Positions 17,421 through 28,112 of a stretch of DNA of 64,000 nucleotides are shown in pieces (positions within the stretch are counted from its first letter, which is position 1; each line of letters starts with the position of its first letter). Position numbers and translations under genes: made by a program. The notes below the pieces were generated by a model, which did no database searches, was not told the origin of the DNA, and worked only from the letters and a program-made list of their open reading frames with translations. This stretch comes from an uncultured delta proteobacterium (GTDB taxonomy: Bacteria; Myxococcota_A; Polyangia; Polyangiales; Polyangiaceae): NCBI GenBank assembly GCA_963827955.1, contig CAWHDJ010000018.1, positions 1,373,297 through 1,437,296 of the forward strand. Direction: 5' to 3'.

Positions 17421-17929
17421 CGTTCGCGGCGGCGCGGCACGCCGTCGTGCGGTCCGAGGGGGCGCTTCGGGACGTCGTCCCACCATCGGCTCCAGGGCAT
17501 GTCGTCGCGCCGGCCGGGGTGCAGCGGGTAGTAGATGCGGCTGTCGCTCTTGGCTTGCTCACCCCCCACCAGGAGCAGCGCGTCGGCGGCGCCGTTGTTG
17601 AGGAAGGTGTGGTTGATCCCCGTGCCGCACGGGAAGGCAGCCAGGTCGCCCTTCTTCATCGGGAAGAGCTCGCCGTCGACCCAGGCGTCGATCTCGCCCT
17701 CGAGCACGTAGACGAACTCCTCCTCGTCCTCCTCGGCGTGTGGCCAGGAGGTGCGCTGCCCGGGCGCGACGCGCTCCACGTGCAGGCCGATGCGCAGGAG
17801 GCCCGCCGCCTTGCCGATGGCGCGGCCGGCGGAGAGCACCTCGTCGCTCCGCGGGTACTTGCCGGGATCCTCGGGGACGCTCTCGGACGAGATGATGAAC
17901 GGGGGCCGCTTTCGATCTTGGTCGCTCAT
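17417..17929 (-). CDS. cupin-domain protein
   Basis: …EEFVYVLEGEIDAWVDGELFPMKKGDLAAFPCGTGINHTFLNNG… is a cupin beta-barrel signature. Confidence 0.7.
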   Translation of the reverse strand: MSDQDRKRPPFIISSESVPEDPGKYPRSDEVLSAGRAIGKAAGLLRIGLHVERVAPGQRTSWPHAEEDEEEFVYVLEGEIDAWVDGELFPMKKGDLAAFPCGTGINHTFLNNGAADALLLVGGEQAKSDSRIYYPLHPGRRDDMPWSRWWDDVPKRPLGPHDGVPRRRER

Positions 17930-17994
17930 GCGCACGCACTCTAACGTCCCGGCGCTCGCCCGGTGCCCAGAAATCCCCTACCCTCCGCCCCGCC

Positions 17995-19581
17995 ATGCTC
18001 AAGCCGGGCGACACCTTCGAGCGCTACACCGTCAACGCCGTCCTCGGGCAGGGGGGCATGGGCACCGTCTACCGCGCCCACGATGCGCGGCTCGATCGGC
18101 GCGTCGCCATCAAGGTCATCACCGACGAGGCCTGCCCCGAGGAAGCCCGCGCCCGCCTCCTCCGCGAGGCGCGGTCGGTCGCGGCGCTCGACCACCCGAA
18201 CGCGGTCTCCATCTTCGACGTCGGCGAGCTCTCGGGGTCGCCGTACATCGTCATGGAGCTGGTCACCGGCCGCACGCTCCGCGAGGCCATCGCCGACGCG
18301 TCCACGCCCGTCTCGGTGCGGGTCGGGTGGCTCGCCGACGTCGCGCGCGCGCTTCTGACGGCGCACAAGAAGGGGCTCGTCCACCGGGACATCAAGCCCG
18401 AGAACGTGATGGTCCGCGACGACGGCGTGGTGAAGGTGCTCGACTTCGGCATCGCCCGGCGCGCGCAGGGCAACGTCGATCCGAGCGCGCCCACGCAGAA
18501 GACGGCGCTGCCGACGCTGACCAAGGAGGGGGTGAAGGTCGGCACGCCGCTCTACATGGCGCCGGAGCAGATCCGGAGCGAGCCGCTCGACGGGCGGGCC
18601 GACCAGTTCGCCTGGGGGGTGCTCGCGTACGAGCTCTTCACCGGCAAGGTGCCGTGGAAGAACCCGCGGGATCCGCTCGCGGTGGTGGCGTCGATCCTCA
18701 CCGACGCGCCGGACGGCGCCGCGCTCGACGCCGCCGGCGTGCCGGCGGAGGCGAAGGTCGCCGTGCTCCGCGCGCTGTCGAAGAAGGCGGACAATCGCTT
18801 CGCCTCGATGGACGACCTCGTGCGCGCGCTCGATCCGACGGTCAAGGGCGAGGCGCCCTCCGAGCGGGCGCGGGTCAGCGTGCGCCCGCCGAACGCGGCG
18901 CCGGCCTCGCCGGCGGGCGCGACGCAGCTCCAGCGCTACTCGACCGAGGAGGTGCGCCGGATCCTCTCGCGCGCCGTCGAGCAGCAGGAGGACGAGCGGG
19001 TCGACGCGCGGCTCGGCTTCGACGATCTCGTCGCCGCCGCGCGCGAGGTCGGCGTCGACGAAGCGACCCTGCGCGAGGCGACCCGCGAGATGCGCGCCCG
19101 CGGCGAGGTGCCGCCGCAGCGCGACGACTTCGAAGCGTGGCGGCGGCGAAAGCGGCGCAAGTTCCTCCGGCACCTCGGCGTCTGGGCCGTGGTGAGCTGC
19201 GTGATGATCCTGTTCGCGCTCGTGATCGGCGAGAGGGACGCGCTGATCGGGATGGTGCAGGTCCCGCTCTGGTGGGGCATCGGCATCGGTATCCACGGCC
19301 TGAGCGCTTTGATGGCCGACGAGGACGGCTGGCGCGAGGAGATGGAGAAGGAGGCGCGCAAGGCGCGCAAGCAGCGCCGGCGGCGGGAGGTGGTCGATGG
19401 CCTCGTCGAGCAGGGCGCGTCGCTGCTCACCAGCACCGGCGCGGCGATCCAGCAGAGGGTGCAGGCGATGCCGGAGCCCGCGCCACGCGCGCGGATCGCG
19501 ACGGACACCCGCGCCGCGGCCGAGCAGGAGGCAGCGGCCGAGGCCGAGGCCGTCACGCGCGAGGCCCAGCGGCGGCGCTGA
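17995..19581 (+). CDS. Ser/Thr protein kinase (Hanks-type) with C-terminal TM segments
   Basis: LGQGGMGTVYRA, VAIKVI, HRDIKPENVMV, DFGIA, GTPLYMAPEQ. C-terminal hydrophobic LGVWAVVSCVMILFALVIG. Confidence 0.85.
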   Translation: MLKPGDTFERYTVNAVLGQGGMGTVYRAHDARLDRRVAIKVITDEACPEEARARLLREARSVAALDHPNAVSIFDVGELSGSPYIVMELVTGRTLREAIADASTPVSVRVGWLADVARALLTAHKKGLVHRDIKPENVMVRDDGVVKVLDFGIARRAQGNVDPSAPTQKTALPTLTKEGVKVGTPLYMAPEQIRSEPLDGRADQFAWGVLAYELFTGKVPWKNPRDPLAVVASILTDAPDGAALDAAGVPAEAKVAVLRALSKKADNRFASMDDLVRALDPTVKGEAPSERARVSVRPPNAAPASPAGATQLQRYSTEEVRRILSRAVEQQEDERVDARLGFDDLVAAAREVGVDEATLREATREMRARGEVPPQRDDFEAWRRRKRRKFLRHLGVWAVVSCVMILFALVIGERDALIGMVQVPLWWGIGIGIHGLSALMADEDGWREEMEKEARKARKQRRRREVVDGLVEQGASLLTSTGAAIQQRVQAMPEPAPRARIATDTRAAAEQEAAAEAEAVTREAQRRR

Positions 19582-19627
19582 GGCGCGCGCGGAGGAGAGC
19601 GCGCTTCGCCCCGAGGCCGACGTGGCC

Positions 19628-20335
19628 TCACGCCGCCGATGTGACGGGCGAGAGCGGGGGCGGGGGGACGACGAGATCCGCGAACACGAAGCCGTCCCGC
19701 TCCACGACCTCGCCTGGAGCGACCGCGACCGGCCGCCGGAACATGGGGCCGTCGTACGCGAACGTGTGGAACTCGCCGCGCTCGCCGCAGGGGTCCGCGG
19801 ATCGAGGCAGGTCGGCGAGGAGGTTGTCGTCGAAGTCGCGGCCCGCGAGCGCTCCCGGGACCTGCTTCGGGTCGACGCACGTGATCCTCGCCCTGAGACC
19901 CGCCGCGATCATCGCGCGCGCGAGCGCGTCGGTGGGGAGCCCCCAGAGAGGGAAGACCGGCGCGAGGCCGGTCCCCTGCATCCGATCCTCGCGGTAGCGG
20001 CGGATGTCTTCGAGGAAGAGGTCGCCGAACGCGACGATCTCGACGGCGGCGTCCCGCGCCCTCGCGAGGGCCGCCTCCATCGCCGCCTCGTACTGTTCGT
20101 TGCTGCACGGGCTCGGGATGGGGACCTCCCACAGCGGGAGGCCCACGGCGTCCGCCTGCGCGCGGAGCAGCTCGACCCGCACGGCGTGCATCGCGACGCG
20201 GGCATAGACCTGGTTGACGGTCGTGAGCAGGCCGACGACCTCGATGTCGTCGCGGCCCCGCAGGGCGTGGAGCGCCCATGCGCTGTCCTTGCCGCTGCTC
20301 CAGGAGAGCAGCGCCTTTTTCCTAGGAGGGGGCAT
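19628..20335 (-). CDS. PP-loop ATP pyrophosphatase (Dph6/MJ0570-like adenine-nucleotide alpha-hydrolase)
   Basis: MPPPRKKALLSWSSGKDSAWAL (SGGKDS PP-loop) …EFHTFAYDGPMF…. Confidence 0.7.
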   Translation of the reverse strand: MPPPRKKALLSWSSGKDSAWALHALRGRDDIEVVGLLTTVNQVYARVAMHAVRVELLRAQADAVGLPLWEVPIPSPCSNEQYEAAMEAALARARDAAVEIVAFGDLFLEDIRRYREDRMQGTGLAPVFPLWGLPTDALARAMIAAGLRARITCVDPKQVPGALAGRDFDDNLLADLPRSADPCGERGEFHTFAYDGPMFRRPVAVAPGEVVERDGFVFADLVVPPPPLSPVTSAA

Positions 20336-20626
20336 CCGATGGGTCCGGCGGGTGGGGCCGGCCTCATACCACGTCGCGCATGCCGGTGGGCGACGCGAGC
20401 CCGCTCCACCCGGCGACGGGCCATGGCGGCCAGCGCGGCCCACAACCGCCGGACCAGTCGGGCGGGGTCGGGTTTCATGCGGCTCCCCTCGACCGCGAAG
20501 GCGAGGGGCTCGGGGACGTGCGTGCGGCCGGCGCCTTCGGAGCGGTAGCGTGCTCGGAGTCCGGCGGGGGGCGTCGCGCCCTTCCCCGGCGCGCCCGGGC
20601 GCGTCCTCTCTGCTACCGTCGCCCCC

Positions 20627-21157
20627 GTGACCCAGGAGCTGACCATCCGCCCCGCGCGCCGCGACGAGCTCGGCGCGGTGGCGCGCCTCGCAGGCAAGCT
20701 CGTCCGCATGCACCACGCGCTCGACCCGCGCCGCTTCCTGCTAGAGGAGAAGGTCGAGGAGGGGTACGCGTGGTGGTTCGGGCGCGAGATCGCGCGGGAG
20801 GACGTGGTGCTCCTCGTCGCCGTGCGCGGCGACTCCCTGGTGGGCTACGCGTACGGGCGGCTGGAGGAGCGGGACTACAACCAGCTCCTCGACGCGTGCG
20901 GCGCGCTCCACGACATCTGGGTCGAGGAGCCGGAGCGCCGGCGCGGGGTCGCGTCCCTGCTGGTCGAGGCAGCCGTCTCCGCGCTCGTGGCGAAGGGCGC
21001 GCCGCGCGTCGTGCTCCACGCGGCGGTGGGGAACGAGGGCGCGCAGGCGCTCTTCGCGCGGCACGGCTTCCGGCGCACGATGATCGAGATGACGCGGGAG
21101 GCGGACGACAGCGTCGGAGGATCGGGTGGTGTCGAGAAGGGGTCCGACGCCAGAATC
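20627..21157 (+). CDS. GNAT-family acetyltransferase; 3' end uncertain (ORF runs stop-less to 21457 and overlaps next gene)
   Basis: …VVLLVAVRGDSLVGYAYG…HDIWVEEPERRRGVASLLVEAAVSALVAKGAPRVVLHAAVGNEGAQALFARHGF…. A TAG stop in the +1 frame at ~21157 suggests an indel hides the true stop. Confidence 0.55.
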
Positions 21158-21183
21158 CAGATAGGGAGTGCGGAGGGGCGCGC

Positions 21184-21531
21184 CCGCCTCAGTTCGGCAG
21201 GCCGGGCTCCTCCCGCGGGCCGAAGATCGCCTCCCAGTTCTCCCGGTACGCGTCCGTCGCCACCTGCGCCGGGCCCGCGTGCTGCCGCGACCCGGGGATC
21301 TCCTCGCGCGGGAGGACGACCTCGACGTCGAAGAGGCGGTCGTGGTTCTTGCGCGGCGTCAGCTTCACCAGAATCGCCGTGGAGGGGCTTGCCCTCCTGC
21401 ACCGAGCGGATCTCGCCCATCTCGAGGACGTCGTCGCGCTTGCGGATGACGCGGTAGCCGTCGCCCCCTTCCGAGGGGCTGTGGACGAAGACCACGTCCT
21501 CCTTCGGCCCTGGGGGATCGTGCTCGCTCAT
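21184..21531 (-). CDS. small hypothetical protein (~115 aa), apparent frameshift at ~21385
   Basis: MSEHDPPGPKEDVVFVHSPSEGGDGYRVIRKRDDVLEMGEIRSVQEGK… in one frame, continuing …ILVKLTPRKNHDRLFDVEVVLPREEIPGSRQHAGPAQVATDAYRENWEAIFGPREEPGLPN* in another. Confidence 0.45.
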
Positions 21532-21740
21532 CGATTCAGCTTGTCACGTCCCGGGGGCTCCGCGCCAGCGCACGCGCAAAACTTGGCCGAAAAGGCGAAC
21601 ACGCCGTACTGCCGGGGGAGACCCGCGCTGGTCGCCACGCCTTTTGAGGGCCCAAGGGCCCGAAATCCGCGGTCGCCGGAGGCGTGTGCAGAGGCCCGTG
21701 GATCGGTCATCGAGGCCGGTCCCATCGGAGGAGATGGCGT

Positions 21741-23582
21741 ATGAGCATTCGAAGCGCAGAGGGTGCCGGCCCGTCCGGCGAAGAGGCTGGTCGTGACGGC
21801 GAGCGCCGCGCGGCCACCGCGCCGCGCGTCCACTTCGAGGCGCTGGTCGCCGTGGGAGAGGACGCCGGCAACAGCTTCGAGGCGGAGTCGGTCGACGTCT
21901 CGCCCGACGGGATGCGCATGCGCACGGCGTACCTGCCCTCCGAAGGCGACAAGCTCGTCTGCCGCTTCGACGGCATGGGCAGCGAGATCGTGGCGGAGGG
22001 CGAGGTGCTCTGGCGCAGGGAAGAGGCCAAGGGCGGCGAGTTCGGGATGCGCTTCGTCGGCCTCGACGACGCGACGGGCGCCGCGCTCCGGGCCATGTGC
22101 ATGACGCTCGGCGACCCCGGCGAGGAGGCGTCGGCCGAGGCCGAGGCCGTGGTGGCCCGGGGCTCGCGTGTGCGGCTGCACATCGAGGGGCTCGGCTCGC
22201 CGATGAAGGCCCGCGTCCGGGAGACCGGAGCGCGCGAGATCGCGGTGGGATCGAACCTGGAGTTCCTGAAGGTGGGGCGCGCCCTCGAGATCGAGGACGT
22301 GGAGGCCGGCGCGAAGCGCGAGGCCACCATCGACGACGTGAAGGTGGACGTCGACCCGTCCACGCACGTGCCCCAGCTCGTGGTCAAGCTGCGCTTCGAG
22401 CGCGCGTCCGCCGCGGCCGAGAAGCAGGACGTGGCGCGCGCGAGCGTCGCCCCGGCGACCCGCCGGGCTTCGGCGCCGCCTTCGGCCGCGGGCCGGTCCG
22501 CGGAGGCACGGCGCACCGGCGGCGCGCCGAAGAAGACGGAGCGCATGCCCGCGGCGAGGGACGCCGAGGCCGACGACGCCGCGTCCGCGGCGGTGGCCGG
22601 CTTCGCCGCGCGCGCGGCCATCGCGGGGCGTGCAGTGGCCGACAAGGTGGCGCCGGCGCTCGCCGGTTTCGGCGCGCGCGCCAGGACCGCCGCGCAGGGT
22701 GTGGCCGCGTTCTACGAGAAGCGCCGCGCGGAGCAGGCCGAGGGGCGGAAGGTGCCCGCCCAGCGGCGCACGACGGCGCCGCCCCCCGGGGGCGCGCTCA
22801 CCTCGGACGGGCGCCGGCTGGTGCGCGACGAGGCCATGTCCGAGGACGAGATCGTGCTGCCGATGCGGAGCAACCGCCGCGCGGCCACGACGGGCGCGGC
22901 GCTCGGCCTCCTGATGGTGCTGGCGATCTTCGGCATCGTCCGCCTCGCGGGGCGCGGGCACGTGGACGCCGCGGCGTCGAGCGCCGCCGCCGACGCGCAC
23001 ACCGCGACCGCCCTGACGGCCGTGGCGGCGCTCCCCGCGGCGCCCGAGGCCGCCGCCGCGCCGGGCACGCCCACCGCCAACGTCCCGCTCTTCGGCGTCA
23101 CGCCGCTCTCGACCACCGAGCCCGCCCCGGGCGCGGTCGCCTCGGCCGCGCCCTCCGCCGCCCCCTCGGCCCAGCCGTCCCCCGACGACGAGCCGGCCCC
23201 CGGCGACGGCCGCATCCAGAAGGAGTGGGGCCAGGGGACGGTCAGCCACCCGGTCGTGCTCAAGATCAAGATGGACGGCGCCATCGAGACAATCAACGGC
23301 GCCTCGGGCGCGATGGGCTTCACCATCTCCGTCCCCGGCCGGCGATCCATCTCCTCGACGACCGACCTCACCCGCAAGGACAAGCGCCTCGCCTCGGTGA
23401 ACGTGGTGAACACGTCGCACGGCGCCGAGGTGACCATCCAGTTCAAGGACGGGGTGCCGCCCTACCTCGCCAAGGTCAAGGGCGACCGCCTCGAGATCGC
23501 CCTCGGCAAGGAAGGGCACAGCAAGATCGCCAAGAAGAAGAAGCACAAGAAGAAGTCGCACCACGACGACGACGACGAATGA
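21741..23582 (+). CDS. PilZ-domain protein with central TM segment and C-terminal AMIN-like domain
   Basis: Two PilZ-like segments (RVHFEALVAV…DGMRMRTAYLPSEGDKLVCRF…; …RVRLHIEG…). TM AALGLLMVLAIFGIVRLAG. C-terminus …TISVPGRRSISSTTDLTRKDKRLASVNVVNTSHGAEVTIQFKDGVPPYLAKVKGDRLEIAL… then a KKKKHKKKSHHDDDDE tail. Confidence 0.65.
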   Translation: MSIRSAEGAGPSGEEAGRDGERRAATAPRVHFEALVAVGEDAGNSFEAESVDVSPDGMRMRTAYLPSEGDKLVCRFDGMGSEIVAEGEVLWRREEAKGGEFGMRFVGLDDATGAALRAMCMTLGDPGEEASAEAEAVVARGSRVRLHIEGLGSPMKARVRETGAREIAVGSNLEFLKVGRALEIEDVEAGAKREATIDDVKVDVDPSTHVPQLVVKLRFERASAAAEKQDVARASVAPATRRASAPPSAAGRSAEARRTGGAPKKTERMPAARDAEADDAASAAVAGFAARAAIAGRAVADKVAPALAGFGARARTAAQGVAAFYEKRRAEQAEGRKVPAQRRTTAPPPGGALTSDGRRLVRDEAMSEDEIVLPMRSNRRAATTGAALGLLMVLAIFGIVRLAGRGHVDAAASSAAADAHTATALTAVAALPAAPEAAAAPGTPTANVPLFGVTPLSTTEPAPGAVASAAPSAAPSAQPSPDDEPAPGDGRIQKEWGQGTVSHPVVLKIKMDGAIETINGASGAMGFTISVPGRRSISSTTDLTRKDKRLASVNVVNTSHGAEVTIQFKDGVPPYLAKVKGDRLEIALGKEGHSKIAKKKKHKKKSHHDDDDE

Positions 23583-23734
23583 GGCCTGGCGCCGCGCTCG
23601 TCCCCGAAGCTCCGAGCGCGATTCCGGGCTCGGAGCTTTTCAGCAGGTCACCATCGTGCAACCCGGGCATTGGCGGACGTCCAGGGGTGGGCGCCTTTCC
23701 TGGAACCGAGTGTTGCGCGCCGTAGAACAACCCT

Positions 23735-25416
23735 TCAGGGAACACGGCCGGCGAACGCGGCGAGGTCGTCGATCACGGCCGCGTCCACGTGCGCAGGGTC
23801 CTCGTACTCAGAAGGGCCCGGGGTGCCCGTGCCGGCCATGAAGAGGTGGTTCAGCGCCGGGTACTGCTTCAGGGTCACGTTGTGCCTCCCGGCCAGCGCC
23901 TTCTTCCAACCGTCGAAGTCCGGCGCGGTCACCTGGTAGTCGCGCTGGCCCTGGAGCACGAGGATGGGGATCGTGAGCTTCTTGGCGACCTGTATAGGCT
24001 GGTAGCCGCGCATGAAGAGGAAGTAGCGCCCCTTCTCCATCTCGCCGAAGGGGACGCCGATGGAGGCTTCCGGCGCGAGCGCCGGGGCCTCGACGGCGGC
24101 CTTGAAGGCGCGGGCGGACGCGACGATCTGGGCGCCGTCGGGCGCGGGATGGAGCTTGGTCAGGTAGACGAGCTGATCGACGATCGAGTCCTGAATGGGA
24201 CGCGAGGGGCCGGCGAGCAGCACGATGCCCGCCACAGCCGGGTTCTCCGCAGCGATGCGGGGTGCGAGGTAAGCGCCCTGGCTGTGCCCGACGACCACCA
24301 CGCGCCTGGGATTCAAGCTCCGGGGTGTGGGTCGCGAGGTCGATCGCCGCGGCGGCGCCGTCCAGCACCTCCTCCTTGATGGTGGCCGCGCCCGCCGCCG
24401 CGAGCTGGGTGCGCTTGACGTAGCGGAGGACGGCGACGCCGCGCTGGGCGAGGCCCCAGGCGATGTCCTTGAAGGGCTTGTTGGGCCCGATCGTCTCGTC
24501 CATGTCCTGCGGGCCCGAATCCGTGGACGAGCACCACGACCGGAAAGGGCCCCGCGCCTCCGGGGAGCGTGAGGAGGCCGGGGAGCGCCGGCGCGCTGCC
24601 CACGGTGACGTCGCGTTCCACGAACGCCTCCGGCTTCGCGTAGGGCGGCGGCTTCCACGGCGGGAGCGGGGCGCCGTGGAGGAAGTGGAGCCCCGCCACG
24701 TGATCGCGCAGGTCGTACACGACCTTGATGACGACCTCGGTCTCGCCGAAGCGGGAGGTGAGGAGCACCGCCGAGCGCACCAGCTCCACCTTGCGGACCT
24801 CGGCGAACGCCCCCGACTGCCAGGAGAGCACGTTCCATGTCTCGCGGAGCTTGTCCGGCGGGAGCGCGGCCTTCATGCTGGCGTCGAAGGTCGTCGTCGC
24901 CGCGGCGAAGTCCGCGTGCGCGAGGCGGTCCACGAGAGCGCGAGCCTGGTCCTCGACTTCCCTGGGGACGGGGCCGAAGAAGAGGCCGGCGACGCGGCGG
25001 TCCTGGTCGAGGGCGATGCGGAGGACCTTGCGACGGTAGGCGAAGCGGCAGGTGACGCGCGCGACCGGTACGCCACCCTCGGCGGTGACCTCGATGGTCT
25101 CCACGGCCTGGAAGGCGCCGGACGCGGCCTCCAACTCGCGCCAGTCCTCGGCGAGGGCCGGCGCCGACACCGCCTTGGCCATGGTGGAATCGAAGCGGCG
25201 GAAGGCGTTGTCGAAGCGGCGGGCGGCGAGGTCGGCGACGATGGCACGGGCGATGGCGTCCGGCGTGTCGACGGGATGGGTGGCCATGGTGGTGGCAGTG
25301 GGTGGCGCCACGGGCAGCGCGCTCGCCGGGGCCGGGGACGAGGGCGGGAGCGCCGGAGCCGAGCAGGCCGCGAGGAGCAGGGGGAGGGCGAGGCGGCGCA
25401 GCATGGGTGAAAGCAT
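23735..25416 (-). CDS. lipoprotein: 2x DUF3887-like N-terminal domains plus alpha/beta-hydrolase (two apparent frameshifts at ~24520 and ~24310)
   Basis: [21 protein letters not shown] lipobox. …VVVLVHG… / …[32 protein letters not shown]… / …[13 protein letters not shown]… (GxSxG nucleophile) lie in three frames. Confidence 0.6.
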
Positions 25417-25653
25417 AGCCGCGCCGGCTACCCAGGCGCGCGGACACGAGCGTGTGCTTCCCGGTCCCCCCGAGAGCACGGTACAGGCCGTCCGCGCACG
25501 CGCACGCGCACGCGCAGGCCCACGAACACGACTCCGACCACGAGAACGACCACGACCACGACCACGGCGGAAGCCCTACGGCACTCGCCCGACGTGCTGA
25601 TCCGGCAGCTCCGTGAGTGCGCGGATCGCCCGGCTTTCTAGACTGCGCGTCCG

Positions 25654-25800
25654 ATGCTCTACCGTCGACTTGCCGTGGCCTTCGTGCTGAGCGTGACGCT
25701 CGCAGCCGCCGCGACGCTTGCTGCGTGCTTCGTCAATCCCGTCCCACCCGACCTGCACAACCACCCCGACCCCGACAAGAAGAAAACGGCGCCGGGCGGA
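25654..25800 (+). CDS. mini-lipoprotein, paralog A (only the first ~45 aa are convincing)
   Basis: MLYRRLAVAFVLSVTLAAAATLAACFVNPVPPDLHNHPDPDKKK… is paralogous to 28113-28292 (~80% nt identity over ~130 bp including the upstream TAGACTGCGCGTCCGATGCTC). The ORF then drifts into Arg/Pro-rich junk. Confidence 0.3.
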
Positions 25801-25831
25801 AGGCCACGTCGAGCGCAAGCCGCTGAGTCGC

Positions 25832-26119
25832 TCAACCCGTTGGGGGCTGTGTGCCCGGTGCGACCCCATCGAGCGCGACGAGCACCTCTCCCAAGTGAGA
25901 GATGGCTTCGGCGGAGAAGGGTCCCGCCCCGGCCCCGGCCTTTGGCGGGCGGAGTACATCCATCATCTCGACCAGCGTCGGTCGCAGAGCAGTCAGGTCG
26001 ATACCCGCCGCTTCCGTGGGCGATGGCGCAGAGCGCAGCCCGCGCAGAAAGGCGAGCGCATTGATGCCGGCGAACAACGCGCCCGCGAGCTTGGTGGCGT
26101 CCTCTTCCTTTGTGCTCAT
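25832..26119 (-). CDS. hypothetical protein (96 aa)
   Basis: MSTKEEDATKLAGALFAGINALAFLRGLRSAPSPTEAAGIDLTALRPTLVEMMDVLRPPKAG… has a plausible composition. Conflicts with extended ORF A. Confidence 0.3.
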   Translation of the reverse strand: MSTKEEDATKLAGALFAGINALAFLRGLRSAPSPTEAAGIDLTALRPTLVEMMDVLRPPKAGAGAGPFSAEAISHLGEVLVALDGVAPGTQPPTG

Positions 26120-26247
26120 GATCCATCCGTCAGGGGTTGATGGGGTCGAAGCACTGCTCCGGCGGTGTACCCCTCGTAGCTGTTTCCAAAGCCCCACTGG
26201 TTTCCGTCGCAACCGATGACGAGCCAACCGAAAAGCACGACGGCTAA

Positions 26248-27884
26248 ACGTACATTTCGGGCTCGGTGACGGGCCAGAGCGCCGGCGGGCGGATTTGACC
26301 CTCGATGCGCACCGCCGTCGCGTCGGTGCACCCTGCCGAGCATCCCGCGCCGACACGACCCCCTTACCCCCACACCGCACGAAGCTGTGATCTGCTCACT
26401 CCAGCAGCGGCGAGCCAGGCAGGAGGTGGAGCTTGCGCCCTCGACCTGAGCGCGAGAGGCGGCCGGGGACGCGCAGCAGCACGCGTCGTCGCCACGGCGT
26501 TCGCCAGCGGGCAAGGTGGGGGAACTGCTCGGTCGTGTATCGATTCGAGCAGGTTGTGGGTGAGCATCTTGAGCAGGAACATGGCGTGGTTGGCGGCGAA
26601 GCCATACGTCGAGCCGTGGGCGATGCCCCACGCGCCCTTGAACTCGGCGATCAGCGGCTCGATGCCGGCGCGCTGGTCGTAGTCCCAGGCGATGTCGTTG
26701 GCGTCGTCGGTGCGGTTGGTGAGGAACACCTGGACCGTCCAGTCGTGGCCGTCCAGCAGGGGCAACTGCCTGCCGTGGCGTTCGAGCGAGCGGACCACGA
26801 TGACGCGGACATGGAGGCCCAGCTCACGCCAGCTCCCACGCACGAAGTCGACCTCGGCGATTTGTCGGATGGGCTGCTTCTCCGCATCGATGTCCACCGT
26901 CTTCCAGCTCTCCACCGCGAGGATGGCGTTGTAGAGGTCGTTGGTGACCCGTCCCTTGATGACGTAGAACGCCTGCGCTTCGTGCAGCGCATGGAGCACC
27001 TCGGCGCAGTCACCCGCCGAGTCGATCCGCACGCAGAGCGAGCTGCCACGCCGGAGCTTCTTCTGCGCACGCTTCACCCAGCGCGTCAGCGTCGCCGTGT
27101 CGTCCGCCCCAAAGCCCGTGTTGCCCGGCCGGAGCTGCGCCCCGACGATGGTGTCCGTCTCGGCGATGCGCGCGATCATCGGGTGGTAACTCGGCCGCCC
27201 GTGGTAGCGCGGGTTCGGGCCGGGCAAGGCGCCTTCGAGCTCGCCGAAGACGGGCAGAACCGAAGTGTCCACGTCGAGGTGCACGAACGTTCCCCGGAGC
27301 TGCGGCACGCGGACGAGGCCGTGCTCGGCCACCATGCCCTCGAGGTCGGAGAGCGCTCGATCGTCGAACCGCGCGAGATCGTCGTAGAGCGTGTCGATGC
27401 TCGGGACGACACCGCCCGCCAGGTGCGTGAACAGCGGGTCGGCCGCGAGGGCCTCGACGCCGAAGACGCGAGGCTCGCCCACGGCGACCGCGTCCATGAG
27501 CAGCCGCATCTGCGCGCCCATGGGGTAGACGACGCGTGGCCCGGCCTTGAGCCTGCCGAGCTTCTCGCGCAGCTCGCGATCGACGCCGAGGTGGCGCAGG
27601 TGCACCCCGAACCCGACGAGGCCGGCGACGCCCGTCAGGTTGGGATCGGGTGCGCCCGCGCGGATCGTCGCTGGGTCCGGGCGCTGCACCCGCCGCCGTC
27701 GTTCATTGCCATCGCCACGCTTGCCTCCCGTCGCATCCCGCCGCACCTTGGAGGTGCTCGGCGCTCTCTTGCTTCTTTTCATCGCAAGAACGGATGTAGG
27801 GAGCGCCGAGCTTATTTCTCGGAAAAAACAGACGATCGGTGCTCAGCACCCGCTCACGCGGTGCTACGCAGCCCGAACTCCACG
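26248..27884 (-). mobile_element. IS1380-like insertion sequence, copy 3, with 4-bp target-site duplication CTAA; inserted 4 bp inside the terminus of a MITE2 copy
   Basis: Same termini as copy 2. CTAA at 26244-26247 and 27885-27888; the downstream sequence continues as the MITE2 terminus (CTAA)ATGGCCGAGCGCGATCC. Confidence 0.85.
26364..27782 (-). pseudogene. IS1380/IS4-superfamily transposase, copy 3, 1-bp insertion near C-terminus (frameshift over last ~60 codons)
   Basis: Copy 3 reads TATCGATTCGAGCAGG where copy 2 reads TATCGATCGAGCAGG. There is also one substitution (FDDRAL vs FDNRAL). Could be a sequencing indel. Confidence 0.65.
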
Positions 27885-28100
27885 CTAAATGGCCGAGCGC
27901 GATCCTGACACAACGATGGAACCCACGGGCGTGAGCCCGCGGACCGGAGCCTCGCGCGTGAGCGCGGGGACCATGACGTCAGGGGGCTGTGCCGCGGCCT
28001 CCGCGTGCTGACGCATGCGGCTCCGGTCCGCGGGCTCACGCCCGGGGTTCCATACGTTGCTCAGCGGCTCCTTGAACGAGGATCGTGCTCGTTGATTTAG
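27885..28100. repeat. MITE2 copy 2
   Basis: Reverse-complement match to 17208-17420. Ends …GAGGATCGTGCTCGTTGATTTAG, directly upstream of mini-lipoprotein gene B. Confidence 0.8.
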
Positions 28101-28112
28101 ACTGCGCGTCCG

